NCBI RefSeq assembly: GCF_001194135.2
Contig: NC_068983.1
Span: 105,709,844-105,773,843, forward strand
DNA length: 64,000 nt
Reading direction: 5' to 3'
DNA from: Octopus bimaculoides
Lineage: Eukaryota
In this document: in pieces, positions 28,034-40,644 of the stretch
Numbering within the stretch: the first letter of the stretch is position 1
Layout of the letters: the number at the start of each line of letters is the position of its first letter
Made by a program: the position numbers and the translations under genes
Notes under the pieces: generated by a model
The model's input: the letters and a program-made list of their open reading frames with translations, nothing else
What the model was told of the DNA's origin: nothing
The model's database searches: none

Positions 28034-30953
28034 CTGCAAAAAACAAATATCAAAGGTATTTAAGAAATGACTTCTAACATTAGCTATAAGGACATGGAAA
28101 TATTCCTGCTGGAGGATTATAGTTAATTGAAATGAACAAGTGAATGGTTAGTACATGCTTTGCTGAATTTGGAGGGATGAACTCAGAATATAAATTAAAG
28201 AAACTAGAAATTGTAGATTACAAGGCTTACCATTTCCATCATTCCATCAATTTTATTATAAAAAAAAAAAAAACTCCAATTATATCTAATCCCTTTCTTC
28301 CAATAGAATTCTCTATCCTACAGCTAATTCTTTGCTGTGTTGGATACCTAAATTACTATCAAAAGTTTCGCTGGTTATCTGGGTGCTATTGTTTATGTGA
28401 GTAGAGCAGACCAAGCCTACAGTAACAACCCAAAGTCAACAACTTTGTAATTTGCAAACTAAATTTCTTTTCTCACTTTTTTAAAACTTTTTTTCTACCT
28501 AATATTTATTGAAATACCCGACCAAGTAGTTTTGTATCCTTTTATTATAATATACTCCGTTATTTAAAGNNNNNNNNNNNNNNNNNNNNNNNNNNNNNNN
28601 NNNNNNNNNNNNNNNNNNNNNNNNNNNNNNNNNNNNNNNNNNNNNNNNNNNNNNNNNNNNNNNNNNNNNNNNNNNNNNNNNNNNNNNNNNNNNNNNNNNN
28701 NNNNNNNNNNNNNNNNNNNNNNNNNNNNNNNNNNNNNNNNNNNNNNNNNNNNNNNNNGGTTCATTCCCACTGCGTGGCACTTTGGGCAAGTGTCTTCTAC
28801 TATAGCCTCGGGCCGACCAAAGCCTTGTGAGTGGATTTGGTAGACGGAAACTGAAAGAAGCCCGTCGTATATATGTATATATATATATGTATGTGTGTGT
28901 CTGTGTTTGTCCCCCCAACATCGCTTGACAACCGATGCTGGTGTGTTTACGTCCCCGTAACTTAGCGGTTCGGCAAAAGAGACCGATAGAATAAGTCCTG
29001 GGGTCGATTAGCTCGACTAAAGGCGGTGCTCCAGCATGGCCGCAGTTAAATGACTGAAACAAGTAAAAGAGTAACAAACCAACACTGATTGCCAAGCAGT
29101 ATGTGGGAGAAGCACAGACACAAAGACACATGCACACATTTATATATCTGTATTTGTATATATAAACAATAGGCTTCCGCACAGTTTCCATCTACCAAAT
29201 TCACTTACAATCTATTGGGAAGGTTTTAAAACAAATTAAGACATCATCTTTCAGATAATTTTCCTCCTTTAAAATCAGTGACTATTTTATTGCAACAGAA
29301 CACCTCAAATGATTAAAACTAGAAATTATGAATCTTGCAAAGCATATTAATAAAGATTCAGAAATTCTGACACAGAATGGTTTTCAATGGAAACAAAAAA
29401 TTGTTTTAATGTGAAATGGAAACAAGTTTTAGACACAATTGCCTATGGGGAAAAGCACTGACACCTACAATATACCAAGTATTGCAATGTCGCATAGAGA
29501 CATAGCCTTTAAGGAATATTTCAAAAAGGGAATCACAGAATGGAATGAAAGCTTTGCAGTGCTTTAATTAGTTATCAGGAACTACTAAATTCAAATTTGT
29601 TTCATTTACATTTAGTGTGCTAAAGAAAGACAACTCTCACAGTAAAGTTCACAAATTTTAACGAGTTTGTCTACCATGAAGAGAAGTAAGTCTTTTTTTT
29701 TGGAAAGGTTGTTTGACAGAAATGAAGAAGTGTGTGGACAATAATTACTAGAATAGACAACTTTATCTGGAGAGTAATTTAAACATTTGTAATTGCTTTT
29801 GTAAAAAAGCTGCATGTAATTGTGAAATAGAGCAGTCTTCTATATCATATCTTCTAACCTCTTATCCACTTTTATGCTACTATTTTGTATATCATCATCA
29901 TTTAAAATCCGTTTTCCATACTGACATGGGTTGGATGGTTTGACAGGAGCTGGCTAAGGAGACTGCACCAGGCTTCACTGTCTGTTTTGGCATGGTTTTT
30001 ACAATTGGATGCCCTTCCTAACACCAACCATCTTATAGAGTAGTCAGTGCTTTTTATGTGGCAATTTGATAGAGAGAAACTGAAAGAGGCTTCTCATTCA
30101 TATATATATAGGTGTGGCTCTGTGATAAGAAGCTTGCTTCCCAAACACATGGTTCCACTTTCAGTCCCACAGCATGGTACCTTGGGCAAGTGTCATCTAC
30201 TATAGCCTTGGACTCACCAAAGCCTTGTGAGTGGATTTGGTAGATGGAAGCTGAAAGAAGCCCGTCATGTGTGCATGTGTGTGTGTCTTTGCGTCTGTGT
30301 TTATCCCCCACCACTGCTTGACAACCAGTGCTGGTGTGTTTACATCCCCATAAAATATAGTTTTGGAAAATGAGACCAATAGAATAAGTACCAGGTTTAA
30401 AAACAAAAAATAAGTCCTGGTGTCGATTCATTTGACTAAAAAATTCTCCAAGGTGGTGCCCCAGCATGGTCATATTCTAACGGTTATTTCTGATACTTTT
30501 CTCGTATTGGGCGTTTATTTCTGTATGACTTGTTCATTTCTCTTTTTTTCCCCATTTTCTATATAAGTGAAGATATTTCCTCTATCTACAAAACAAGAAG
30601 TCACATTGCGGAACTGTTATTTTAACGAGTTGTGTCCATTTATCACTGACGAGATATATCTGGACCACTGGATACTCCCAAATCAGTTGTTGAGTGTTCC
30701 ACCTGTGAGGGATCAATGCTAGATGTGTCAAAACAATTGTCATGATTAATAAATTCTCGTATATTCCATCTTACATTTACCATATATATACTCTCTGGGT
30801 GATTGGCATTAGGAAGGGCATCCAGCTGTAGAAACTCTGCCAAATCAGATTGGAGCCTGGTGTAGCCATCTGGTTTCACCAGTCCTCAGTCAAATCGTCC
30901 AACCCATGCTAGCATGGAAAGCGGATGTTAAACGATGATGATGATATACATAC

Positions 30954-31006
<53 letters not shown>

Positions 31007-31189
31007 TACATATACTTATGCACACACACATATATATAATATATATACTTACATACATGTAGTCTCCATCTGTTTCATCTCTTGGATTGGTAGTTTTGTA
31101 TCAGAACATGTGTTGACTCAGCTTTTTCTGTTTCTCATCCTATCTACTCTGCTGTACCCCACTCTCTTCCTTCTATACAATCAATGTAT

Positions 31190-31990
31190 ACACACTTGAT
31201 GTCATGCCAAAAAACACTCCCTTTCTTATAGAAATGACACTACATATCTTTCATGCTCAACCTTCCTCTATCATGCATCATCCACTTACAACTCAGAAGC
31301 CACAAGCCAAACCTGCACTGATTCTATGATCAAAAATCTTGAAAGCATCCTCCAATGGAAATATAACATACTTGTCTCTTTCAGTAGAAGACACAAAAAC
31401 ACAAATGCTGCTCACATCTAGAAAATGTCACCACGCCACAGCCTTCTTAATCAAGATCATCATATAACTAGAGCCCTTGCAATTGCTCCAAATGTTGGAC
31501 TTCACTATCACCAAGGATCTCTCCTGACAAAAACACATCCTTAACGGCATCTCAATGACTGGCCCTTCTCCTCAGGGCCAGAAGATACTTCATCCCCAAC
31601 AATTATTGATATTTTATAAAGCTTAGGTGAATCCCACAATGAGGTATTGATCTCACATCTGGAATAGTGGTAATGCTGCACACACATGTATCCCAGACTA
31701 TATCCAGAAAAGAGCCAATCTTCAAGTGATTGGTAGAAAAGTCAGTTAGACACACTCCAGTCTCTGGCCCACTGTCTCTTTTCTCTTTCTGACAACTGTT
31801 ATAATGGCCTGTTACTCAGAGCTAGTTAAACTCTTGCAACTCAGGCACTCCCAACTCACTTATTGCTTTATTTCTCATCATCCTTGTGATGCCCCACCTA
31901 CCATACAACACTAATTACTACCTGTACTCCCAATCCAAGTCCTTTCCCAGAATGGTGCCACTCTAGAAATCTTTCCCTATCCATGTCTTT
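31190..31990 (+). mobile_element. CR1/L2-type LINE reverse transcriptase C-terminal relic
   Basis: Degenerate DTT, ESILQW, TQMLLTS, LDFTITKDL and YCSHIW-like segments in CR1 order. Confidence 0.6.
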
Positions 31991-32518
31991 CCAGCAGATG
32001 TTGACTTGCAAAAGTTCACGAGGATCATTAATGGCATTACTTTTACTGGTCTAAGAGGGCCTGCTAAAGGCATAGGTGCCTTTCTCCTGACTCAACAATA
32101 AATAAATAAGTGTATGTATAGATACACATACGCATGCATACATATACACACATATATACATACATAATATATATGTGTGCATGCCGGTGGCACGTAAAAG
32201 CACCCACTACACTCTCGGAGTGGTTGGCGTTTGGAAGGGCATCCATCTGTAGAAACTCTGCCAAATCAGATTGGAGCCTGGTGTAGCCATCTGGTTTCAC
32301 CAGTCCTCAGTCAAATCGTCCAACCCATGCTAGCATGGAAAGCGGACGTTAAATGACGACGGTGATGATGATGATGACAAGGAAGAGAAATATTTATGAA
32401 CACGCAAACTGTCCAACCTATGCCAGTATGGAAGGCAGATGTTAAATGATGATGATGATGATGATGACACACAACTTTGACACAAAATGAATTGTCTAAC
32501 TTTTAGAAAGATAATTAC

Positions 32519-32560
32519 CCTTTTTGGTATACATTGTCAATTGTACAGCATCTTTGTCAG
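32519..32560 (-). CDS. CENPL: CENP-L coding exon 5: (A)DKDAVQLTMYTKK
   Basis: tttaacttcag|CTGACA...AAAAGG|gtaatt, 42 nt, phase 1-1. DKDAVQLTM aligns with DPEAFLVQI. Confidence 0.82.
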
Positions 32561-33143
32561 CTGAAGTTAAATAGATAAGAACAAGTGATGAGTAAAATGA
32601 CAATAAACAAATTCTTATGCAATCACAAAATCCAAGATTTTTAAAGGTAAGTAAAACTCATGTTTTTTTTCCCCCGCCTAAAGACATGAGCAATATAAAC
32701 AAAGTAAAGAAGTTCCAGTTGGGTAATTGCAATAACAAAAGGATTAGGGAGATAAAGTAACAGATTACAGAAGACAAAATAATAATAATAAGGGAAATTA
32801 ACAAGAATAAGGAGATATCAACTACAATGTGTAACATGTAGGAATTTTATAATGCTTTCTCAGATTAGGATAAAGCTGCAATGTAAAGCAGGAGTATAAA
32901 TTCATTCATTTTTTTTATCAATACATTTCATATATGGTTTGGACAAACATATTAAGAAAGTATTCAATGGCTGGATATCCTTCCTGTTGCTAACCCTTAC
33001 TTGTTTTTAGGTAAGGTATTTTTCTACTGGTCTTCACATAATGAAGTGATGAAAGCACAGAGGTACAGGATGTATTGCTTACAGGAAACATAAAGAATGT
33101 TACTGTTTTAGGCAAATGATGTTACTGTGAAGACATGCAGTAC

Positions 33144-33188
<45 letters not shown>

Positions 33189-34731
33189 AGGTGACACTAA
33201 AAATTGTGTTACTATTTCATGCATATGTATAAATTAAATGGTAGTATGACTTTGGGACCATTAAGACCTGCATAAACTCATCAAATCTGAAACAGTAAGA
33301 GATCAAATCTTCTTTGACCAGGTGTGAATTATAAAAGATGAAGACCAAACTAAATACAGAGTTCAAGAAAAGTAATGGTGATCTATGTAGATAAAAATCA
33401 TTAACTTCACAAATATGAATTAAGTTTGTCTCTCGGGGAAGTTGGGTAAGAAAGATGATTTCCAGCATTTCTTGACTGGCAATCTAGAGGAAGATTTACC
33501 ACTCATTCACTTAACATCATGAAACTGGAACAAAATGCTACCCCATAAGTGAACCCCTTTATATTTACATTCTGCATTACATTGTAGTATAAGAGAGTGA
33601 ATATGAAAAACAACCTGCTTAATACATCCATGTATTGTATGCCATGTGATACATGTGATAGCAAGGACTGCATTATCAATTAAATTGATGTTTAGCCTCT
33701 GGTGATCTTTTTTGACTTTTGGTCAACTTTGATTGAACTCTGGTCATCCATGATAAAAACTATTTCAACTATCCTGTTTTTTTTATAAATCTAGATCTAT
33801 GTTTCTCAATGTGTTTTTCATTATAAAGACAGTAATGTATGGTTTGAGGGAGACTTTACTAATTCTAGAATGTTGATGAGAGACGACACAGAAGATCTGT
33901 CTATACTTTAAGTCTCAAGTGGAAGTAGACATTCAAGAATTGTGACAGAAAGTAGCTAGGATATTTTTAGAAAGAATAAAAATCAAAGGAAAATAGCAGA
34001 ATTTTAATTTAGAGGTATCAACCTGTGTAGTAACATGGATAAACATATACAATTATAGTACTCTTGTGTTTTTCTCCGTCACGACATATAAATGAGAAAG
34101 GAAGGGGGTGATAGATGAATAAGGATGGCAAATTGATAGTGGGAGCATTTCAACTCTGTGTGAGTATATGTGTATGTATTTAAACGGGAAGTATGTGAAT
34201 GTGTGTATGTGCAATGGAGAACATTCAATGCTGAAAAGAAAAATCAAACAGTGTTTCAACTCTGTGTGAGTATATGTATGTGTGTGTGCATGTACAAGGA
34301 AAGTATGTAAATGTACGTGTGAACCAGCGTTCTTTCAGTAACAAACGATGATCAATCTCAAAAAACAACCACTAGATAATGTTGACAAGTGTATTAATTT
34401 GATTTACCATCCATATTTATATATAAAATACTACAATTAGCCATCACTTTTGACAGCACAGGGCCAGCTAGTCTATAACTATTTAAATATAGATGTAGAA
34501 GTATGCTATTAAGAAGAATAGTGTAGATATGTTGACAGATTAATAGTGTAAAGATATTGACATTTAAAAGAAAGAATAGAGATGTTGACAAATAACAATC
34601 AATGTAGAAATGCTGAGAGATGATCAAATAATGTGTAGATTTCAAGAAATAGCAAAAATGTTAGCAGTGTTGAGACATGAGGAACAAAATTTATTAAAAG
34701 CAGAAAGAAGAATGAAAAAGATACAAAATAC

Positions 34732-34807
34732 CTTCAGAAACTTTAAATCCTTCGAGTGTTGTAAAATTACAGGAAGAAACAGACACTGAATGAATCCCCT
34801 TTGTTTT
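34732..34807 (-). CDS. CENPL: CENP-L coding exon 4: KTKGIHSVSVSSCNFTTLEGFKVSE
   Basis: ttgttcttgcag|AAAACA...CTGAAG|gtattt, 76 nt, phase 0-1. FTTLEGFK resembles FSTLLGMK of vertebrate CENP-L. Confidence 0.85.
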
Positions 34808-35215
34808 CTGCAAGAACAAATGGTTGAGATTTTTATAATGGTATCAAAAATGTCAGAATAGTAGAAGTCCTTCTTAAAGTGAATGGTCTTTATGTCATGT
34901 AGTGTACACACTCTTGAATCAACTTTAATGGTTCCTGATGTATTGCATTGCTTCGTTTAAAGTTAGCTCTGATTCAGTAGAACTATAATCAAAGGTGTCT
35001 AACTGTATCTATCCTTTTTTCCACAGAGCATCTCACACTGCATCATACTATTGGTCTTGATTTTAAGATGGTAAGGTTTGAAATAAAGGAACTTTGGTTG
35101 CTATTTCCAACACTATAAGCAACTGTGTAGTGTTTGATAGAGCTGGATTGCTGGCTTAGGCTTGGATCTCTTTCTCCTAAAGAAAGATTGTACTGCCACT
35201 ACTTACAATTGTGAC

Positions 35216-35293
35216 CTATTGTGAGATCTAATTGTGCTGAGTATGGACATAATACTATTGTGAGATCTAATTGTGCTGAGTATGGACACAATG
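35216..35293. repeat. 39 bp tandem duplication
   Basis: ctattgtgagatctaattgtgctgagtatggaca occurs twice at 39 bp period. Confidence 0.9.
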
Positions 35294-35799
35294 TAGTACA
35301 AGGATACAAACTACCAACCTTTCAACAGGTTTGCTAGTAATCTGTTGACTCAGACATCTTTGTTCTCTTTGTATTGTATATTGTACACTATTTGGTACAT
35401 TTGTGGTACCCCAAGCCAATAAATTGGCAAAACATCTCAATATCTCAAGGGATTCACTATTGTATCATATCAAAATTTAATTTTTCTTTTTTTTTTCTAG
35501 TTAGTAATTTACAACAGAAATGCTGGGAAAACAGAAGCTAACATCTTTGTAAAATAGTAGAATCCAATTTTACAAGTTAAATCCCTTATATACTATATAT
35601 TTATTTATTTATTTTCCTTTTTAATTGATCAAAAGTATATTTTCTTTGCCTTTAATGCTTTATTCACTATGTTACCACCATGCTGCAAAGAGCCTTGTGA
35701 CACTTTGCCCTCACCTCTCATATATGTCTATTTTTTTGCCTCACAAAATTAAGTGGGGCACAATGTTATATCAATAGGGATAGACAGAAGTAATCAACT

Positions 35800-36018
35800 T
35801 AGACTTACTAACATTATTTACATTTGACGGATATTTGTCCTCATCTTGTTTGTTGTTAACACAATGTTTTGAGCATATGGAGTAGTGGTTAAGAGTGTGG
35901 GTTCTAACCCCAAGATTCTAAGTTCAATTCCAGGTAGTGACCTGAATAATAATAATAACACCGAAAAATACCTTAGGAATGAGAACCCAGGTTCAAAATT
36001 TCCCCAAGACACCTGATG
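35800..36018 (+). mobile_element. Short repeat with tRNA-like head and (AAT)n linker
   Basis: agtggttaagagtgtgggttctaacc...agttcaattccagg head, aataataataat, tail ending cacctgatg. Family assignment from memory of octopus repeats only. Confidence 0.5.
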
Positions 36019-36349
36019 TATAGAACTGCATTAGACTTACTAATAAAACCAATAAACTATTTATTATCCCATATATCCATCTCTCCTCATGGCACATTAT
36101 CTGATCTTACTTTACAAACTGAATTAACTGTTTCTCAGTACAGAACATCTCTAATGTCTGTTTTTCAAACTTGTTTGTATACCACCTTTGCCAAATTGAC
36201 TCACTTCATCCATCTTTTCTCTGGCTTATAAGTAACTTTGGTCATTAGACATTTATGGAACTGGAGTGATAATTTTATGACAATTTTCATTTTGTTGGTA
36301 ATATAAATAAATTGAAACAAAAAATAGTGAAGTTAAAATAGATACTCAC

Positions 36350-36459
36350 TGACTGACAGTAAGATGTGAGAGATGTAGAATACATCTTGAATTTAGCAGG
36401 AGTAGTTTCAAAGTTCAAAATTGGACTTAATTTAAATAAATGACATGTATTCTTCAGGG
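36350..36459 (-). CDS. CENPL: CENP-L coding exon 3: (A)LKNTCHLFKLSPILNFETTPAKFKMYSTSLTSYCQS
   Basis: ttttttaactag|CCCTG...CAGTCA|gtgagt, 110 nt, phase 1-0. Matches the conserved CENP-L LxxLSPLxxF...L/FxxYS block. Confidence 0.88.
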
Positions 36460-37766
36460 CTAGTTAAAAAAAAAAAAAGTAAAATCAGAGATGGTACTGA
36501 AAGATATTAAACTATTTAGTATTTAAATTCAACATGTATGCTGTGGATCAAAGTCATAATTCATCAGAGTCATGCACTAATTTCCTAATTTAGATCTATA
36601 AGTTAAGACCGTTCTCTTGAGATTCATAACTTTCTTATAGTGAAATTTAACATGCAGTATAAAATGGTAAAAGAAGGCATCTGTAGCTGCATCAGATTTA
36701 AAAAATTACTTTTGGAAACAACATATGTCATTTCATGGCTACATAGAGACACTTTCCTGTATTTACTCTTACCTTAAATCATAGAAACAATATTGAAAAG
36801 CAAAAACTTTAAACAATGTAAAAATGATTTTCTGATGTTTGCAACACTCAGCATATAGTCAAGAGTTCTCACAGCTCACATCATATCTTGCCCTCTTTCT
36901 TTACTCAAAACTTAATACATATAACATAATATCTCTTGACTGATGTACAGATCTTCTCTGCAGGTAACCTTAAAAACATGCTGCAATGGAAACATCTCAA
37001 CTTCATCTTAGTCAATAGTACCAATGAATCTGCCTCTATACATCTCAAGATGAGCGCAACAATGCATTCACACTATCCTTGAAGAACGCGTAGGGAAAGT
37101 TCCTAACACTCAACAAATGCTAGGTCTTGCTTTCTCTGGTGAATGCACAAGGTTGATCATGAATATATCACTAGATTTATTCTTCAGAGCTAGAAAAGAC
37201 TGCAGCCTTGAACAGTATCCTGACTGCATGCATGGTATAATTTTGTACTAGATGTGGTGATGTGGGACAGTGCATTAACAAGCACATTCTGCACTGCATC
37301 CATACAAAAAAAACCATGTGAATGAAAAGAAAAAAAACTTTTACTAACACTCTTCATGTTCACTATATATATATCGATTTTTACTATAGCAGTTTGCTCT
37401 TCAGAACTTGTTTGTATACCACCTTTGCCAAATTGACTCACTTCATCCATCTTTTCTCTGTCTAACATCACTCTTTCTCATTAAGTACATTGCATAATCT
37501 TGCTTCCTCACATCTGCAATATGAAACACACTCAGCCTATTCCCCTTCTCCTATAACACACTACATTAACTCTATTCAGCAGTTCATACACATCAAATTA
37601 GGTGACCTAAGAAAGGCTAGGTGCACTATTTCTCCTCAAAGAAATTTCCAGTGAATTAACATTAACTTAGCTTTGCAAATCAAAATTATACATGTTAATC
37701 CTAGTGTATAAAACAAAAGTTTCTTTCATGTGCTTGATTTTATATCAGAATAAGTACGGAGAATAC

Positions 37767-37814
37767 CTGGTATCTTTGGTGGAGCAACTGCTTTAGCTGC
37801 TGATTGTATTTCAC
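37767..37814 (-). CDS. CENPL: CENP-L coding exon 2: (S)EIQSAAKAVAPPKIP
   Basis: tatttacag|GTGAAA...ATACCAG|gtattc, 48 nt, phase 1-1, open frame. Confidence 0.8.
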
Positions 37815-38002
37815 CTGTAAATATAAAAATGGAGTATGAGAAATTGCTTACATAAACAACTTTCCTTCTATATTTACTGATTTTACTTTTACGAATGCAG
37901 TTTAAATGATAAATATACAAAACAAAATTCTTAACAGTAGTTTTCATTATCTACATTGTATCAATGAATAAATTTCTTTAAAAGGAATTTTAAAATATAT
38001 AC

Positions 38003-38057
38003 TTGGTAGTTTTCGTATTACAGGTGTTCTTGTATGAAATTGTGGTGGCAAGGACAT
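38003..38057 (-). CDS. CENPL: CENP-L coding exon 1 from internal ATG (whole exon 38003-38070): MSLPPQFHTRTPVIRKLP
   Basis: Strong polypyrimidine acceptor (tttttttttcttttttcag|GAATTT), ATG at 38057 in AAAATGT context, donor CCAA|gtatat, phase 1 matches next exon. TPVIRKLP resembles the TPPRRKIP segment of vertebrate CENP-L as recalled. Confidence 0.75.
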
Positions 38058-38119
38058 TTTGGTAAAATTCCTGAAAAAAGAAAAAAAAATTCACATATAT
38101 ATATATATATATATACACA

Positions 38120-39021
38120 TACAGGGTGCAGTGAATAAACTGTTGTCTAAATTACGTAAAAATGAAATTAATACTGACATCTCATTTTAACAGATACATT
38201 TACCAAAATTACATAAAAATATCTTGAAATACTAAAGAGTANNNNNNNNNNNNNNNNNNNNNNNNNNNNNNNNNNNNNNNNNNNNNNNNNNNNNNNNNNN
38301 NNNNNNNNNNNNNNNNNNNNNNNNNNNNNNNNNNNNNNNNNNNNNNNNNNNNNNNNNNNNNNNNNNNNNNNNNNNNNNNNNNNNTGTTTAAGTTGGTGAA
38401 TATTGCCATAATCTTTGCCTTCAGTTCATCTTTGGTATTACAAGAAATGTTGTTGGTCTCTCACTCAACAGTGTGCCACACATAATAATCAAGGGGGTTG
38501 CAGTCTAGGGAGTTAGGTAGCCAGATGTTAAAGGTGATGTGCTCGCAGAAATTGTCTAACAGCCATGACTGGGTTCTCCTGCTTGTGTGCCATGGTGCAG
38601 AGTCCTGTTGCCAGACATAAGGTCTTCCAGCAGCCACCCTCTTGACCCAGGGCAGCACTACCTCCTCTAGGCACTTGATGTAGGCCTCTGTGTTGAGTCT
38701 GAGGGCGTGTGGGAAGGTGAATTGAGGCATAACTTCACCATCACTAGTGATCACTCCAAACACCATGATGTTGACTGGATGCTTGATTTTTATCACTCTT
38801 GGTACATGTTTTGGAGATACAGCAAGCCAACAGTTGCTCTGTGTTTGCCCTTTGTTCATTTTGGATTTTCCGGTATGAATGCCAAACAGCACTGCATGTC
38901 ATTTCCAAATTTCTTGCAGAGTGAATTGCGTCATGGTGGTGTTTTCCTCACAGACCCTACTATGCTGTGTAGTTGACAAAATCAAAAATATAAAATGGCG
39001 ACAATTTACCCATCGCACCCA

Positions 39022-39024
<3 letters not shown>
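38120..39024 (-). mobile_element. Internally deleted Tc1/mariner element, probably DD37D (maT)-like; contains gap 38242-38384
   Basis: TIRs tacagggtgcagtgaataaa / tttacccatcgcacccagta. Peptide KHPVNIMVFGVI...WQQDSAPWH...NSLDCNPLDY. The 3' end of the same family recurs at ~23440-23650. Confidence 0.8.
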
Positions 39025-39079
<55 letters not shown>

Positions 39080-39095
39080 GGTGATNNNNNNNNNN

Positions 39096-39415
39096 TTGCA
39101 ATGCCACAAATGCTGAAAGGTACCTCACCAGGCTGCAAGATGAAATCTGGCCAGTTATCAGTACTTGGGAGAATATTGAAGATTTGATTTTTATGCAAGA
39201 TGGTGCTCCTCCACATTTTGCTATTGTTTGTGATTGGCTAATTGCCAACTTTCCTGGGCGATGGATGGGTCATCGAGGTCTGCGTGATTGGCCGGCCAGA
39301 ATCCCTGGTTTAACACCCTGCGATTCTTTTCTTTGGGGTTGGTTAAAGGAGCAAGTCTACTCTACCAAACCAACAACTTTGGAAGGACTTGAAGGGTGCA
39401 TACGAGAAGTTATGT
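39096..39415 (+). mobile_element. Tc1/mariner transposase fragment, probably DD41D/rosa-like
   Basis: FMQDGAPPHF...FPGRWMG...WPARIPGLTPCDSFLWGWLKEQVY. Confidence 0.75.
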
Positions 39416-40162
39416 TTTCACATATTCATTTTTCTAAAAATTATAATCAATATAGGCGCAGGAGTGGCTGTGTGGTAAGTAGCTTGCTTATGAACCACAT
39501 GGTTCCAGGTTCATTCCTACTGCATGGCACCTTGGGCAAGTGTCCTCTACTATAGCCTTGGGCCGACCAAAACCTTTTGAGTGGATTTGGTAGACGGAAA
39601 CTGAANNNNNNNNNNNNNNNNNNNNNNNNNNNNNNNNNNNNNNNNNNNNNNNNNNNNNNNNNNNNNNNNNNNNNNNNNNNNNNNNNNNNNNNNNNNNNNN
39701 NNNNNNNNNNNNNNNNNNNNNNNNNNNNNNNNNNNNNNNNNNNNNNNNNNNNNNNNNNNNNNNNNNNNNNNNNNNNNNNNNNNNNNNNNNNNNNNNNNNN
39801 NNNNNNNNNNNNNNNNNNNNNNNNNNNNNNNNNNNNNNNNNNNNNNNNNNNNNNNNNNNNNNNNNNNNNNNNNNNNNNNNNNNNNNNNNNNNNNNNNNNN
39901 NNNNNNNNNNNNNNNNNNNNNNNNNNNNNNNNNNNNNNNNNNNNNNNNNNNNNNNNNNNNNNNNNNNNNNNNNNNNNNNNNNNNNNNNNNNNNNNNNNNN
40001 NNNNNNNNNNNNNNNNNNNNNNNNNNNNNNNNNNNNNNNNNNNNNNNNNNNNNNNNNNNNNNNNNNNNNNNNNNNNNNNNNNNNNNNNNNNNNNNNNNNN
40101 NNNNNNNNNNNNNNNNNNNNNNNNNNNNNNNNNNNNNNNNNNNNNNNNNNNNNNNNNNNNNN

Positions 40163-40206
<44 letters not shown>

Positions 40207-40588
40207 TGTGTGTATGCATTGCTATATTATTGTAGACATGTAGTTAGCAAACAAGTTTGATACATCTTCAAATCTGACAACTTTCGTCAAGCCCAAATAC
40301 ATCTAGTACTGAAGCATCTACGTGGTCACCCGACTCGCAAAAAATAGTAGCTACATATCATTAACTCTACTCTCTTAAATAAAGGATGGAAACATTAGGT
40401 AACGTTATCTTACATACCACTAAATGGTCGCGGCCGGAAAATCTTTGATACGTGGTTTCCTGGATCAATGCTGACCTGGGTCAGCGCACTGTTTACACAT
40501 CTAAATGGTTCACTATCATGAATTCCAAATGTCAGCACTGATTTGCCTCCCTGTCTCTATAAGGACAGAGAGAAAGTTCAGCAATTAC

Positions 40589-40644
40589 TTTTTCTTTATA
40601 GTCTCGCAAAGCGTTTTTTTCTCCCGACTTTTATATTGTTGCAT
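40589..40644 (-). CDS. CENPL: Alternative candidate first coding exon of CENPL: MQQYKSREKKTLCETIKK(K)
   Basis: ATG at 40644, donor AAAAA|gtaatt, also phase 2 and in frame with the 38070 acceptor. CpG-containing neighbourhood. Confidence 0.3.

Noticed and set aside
35855-36018. Pieces resembling hammerhead halves (cctgatg; reverse-strand aaacattgtg)
   Set aside because: The core is incomplete and the pieces are on opposite strands; no ribozyme can be built from this copy.
40470-40500. ATG TGT AAA CAG TGC GCT GAC CCA G|gtcagc as a phase 1 first exon for CENPL
   Set aside because: It lies in what appears to be a dispersed repeat tail, and the 38003-38070 exon already supplies the phase 1 junction with better homology.
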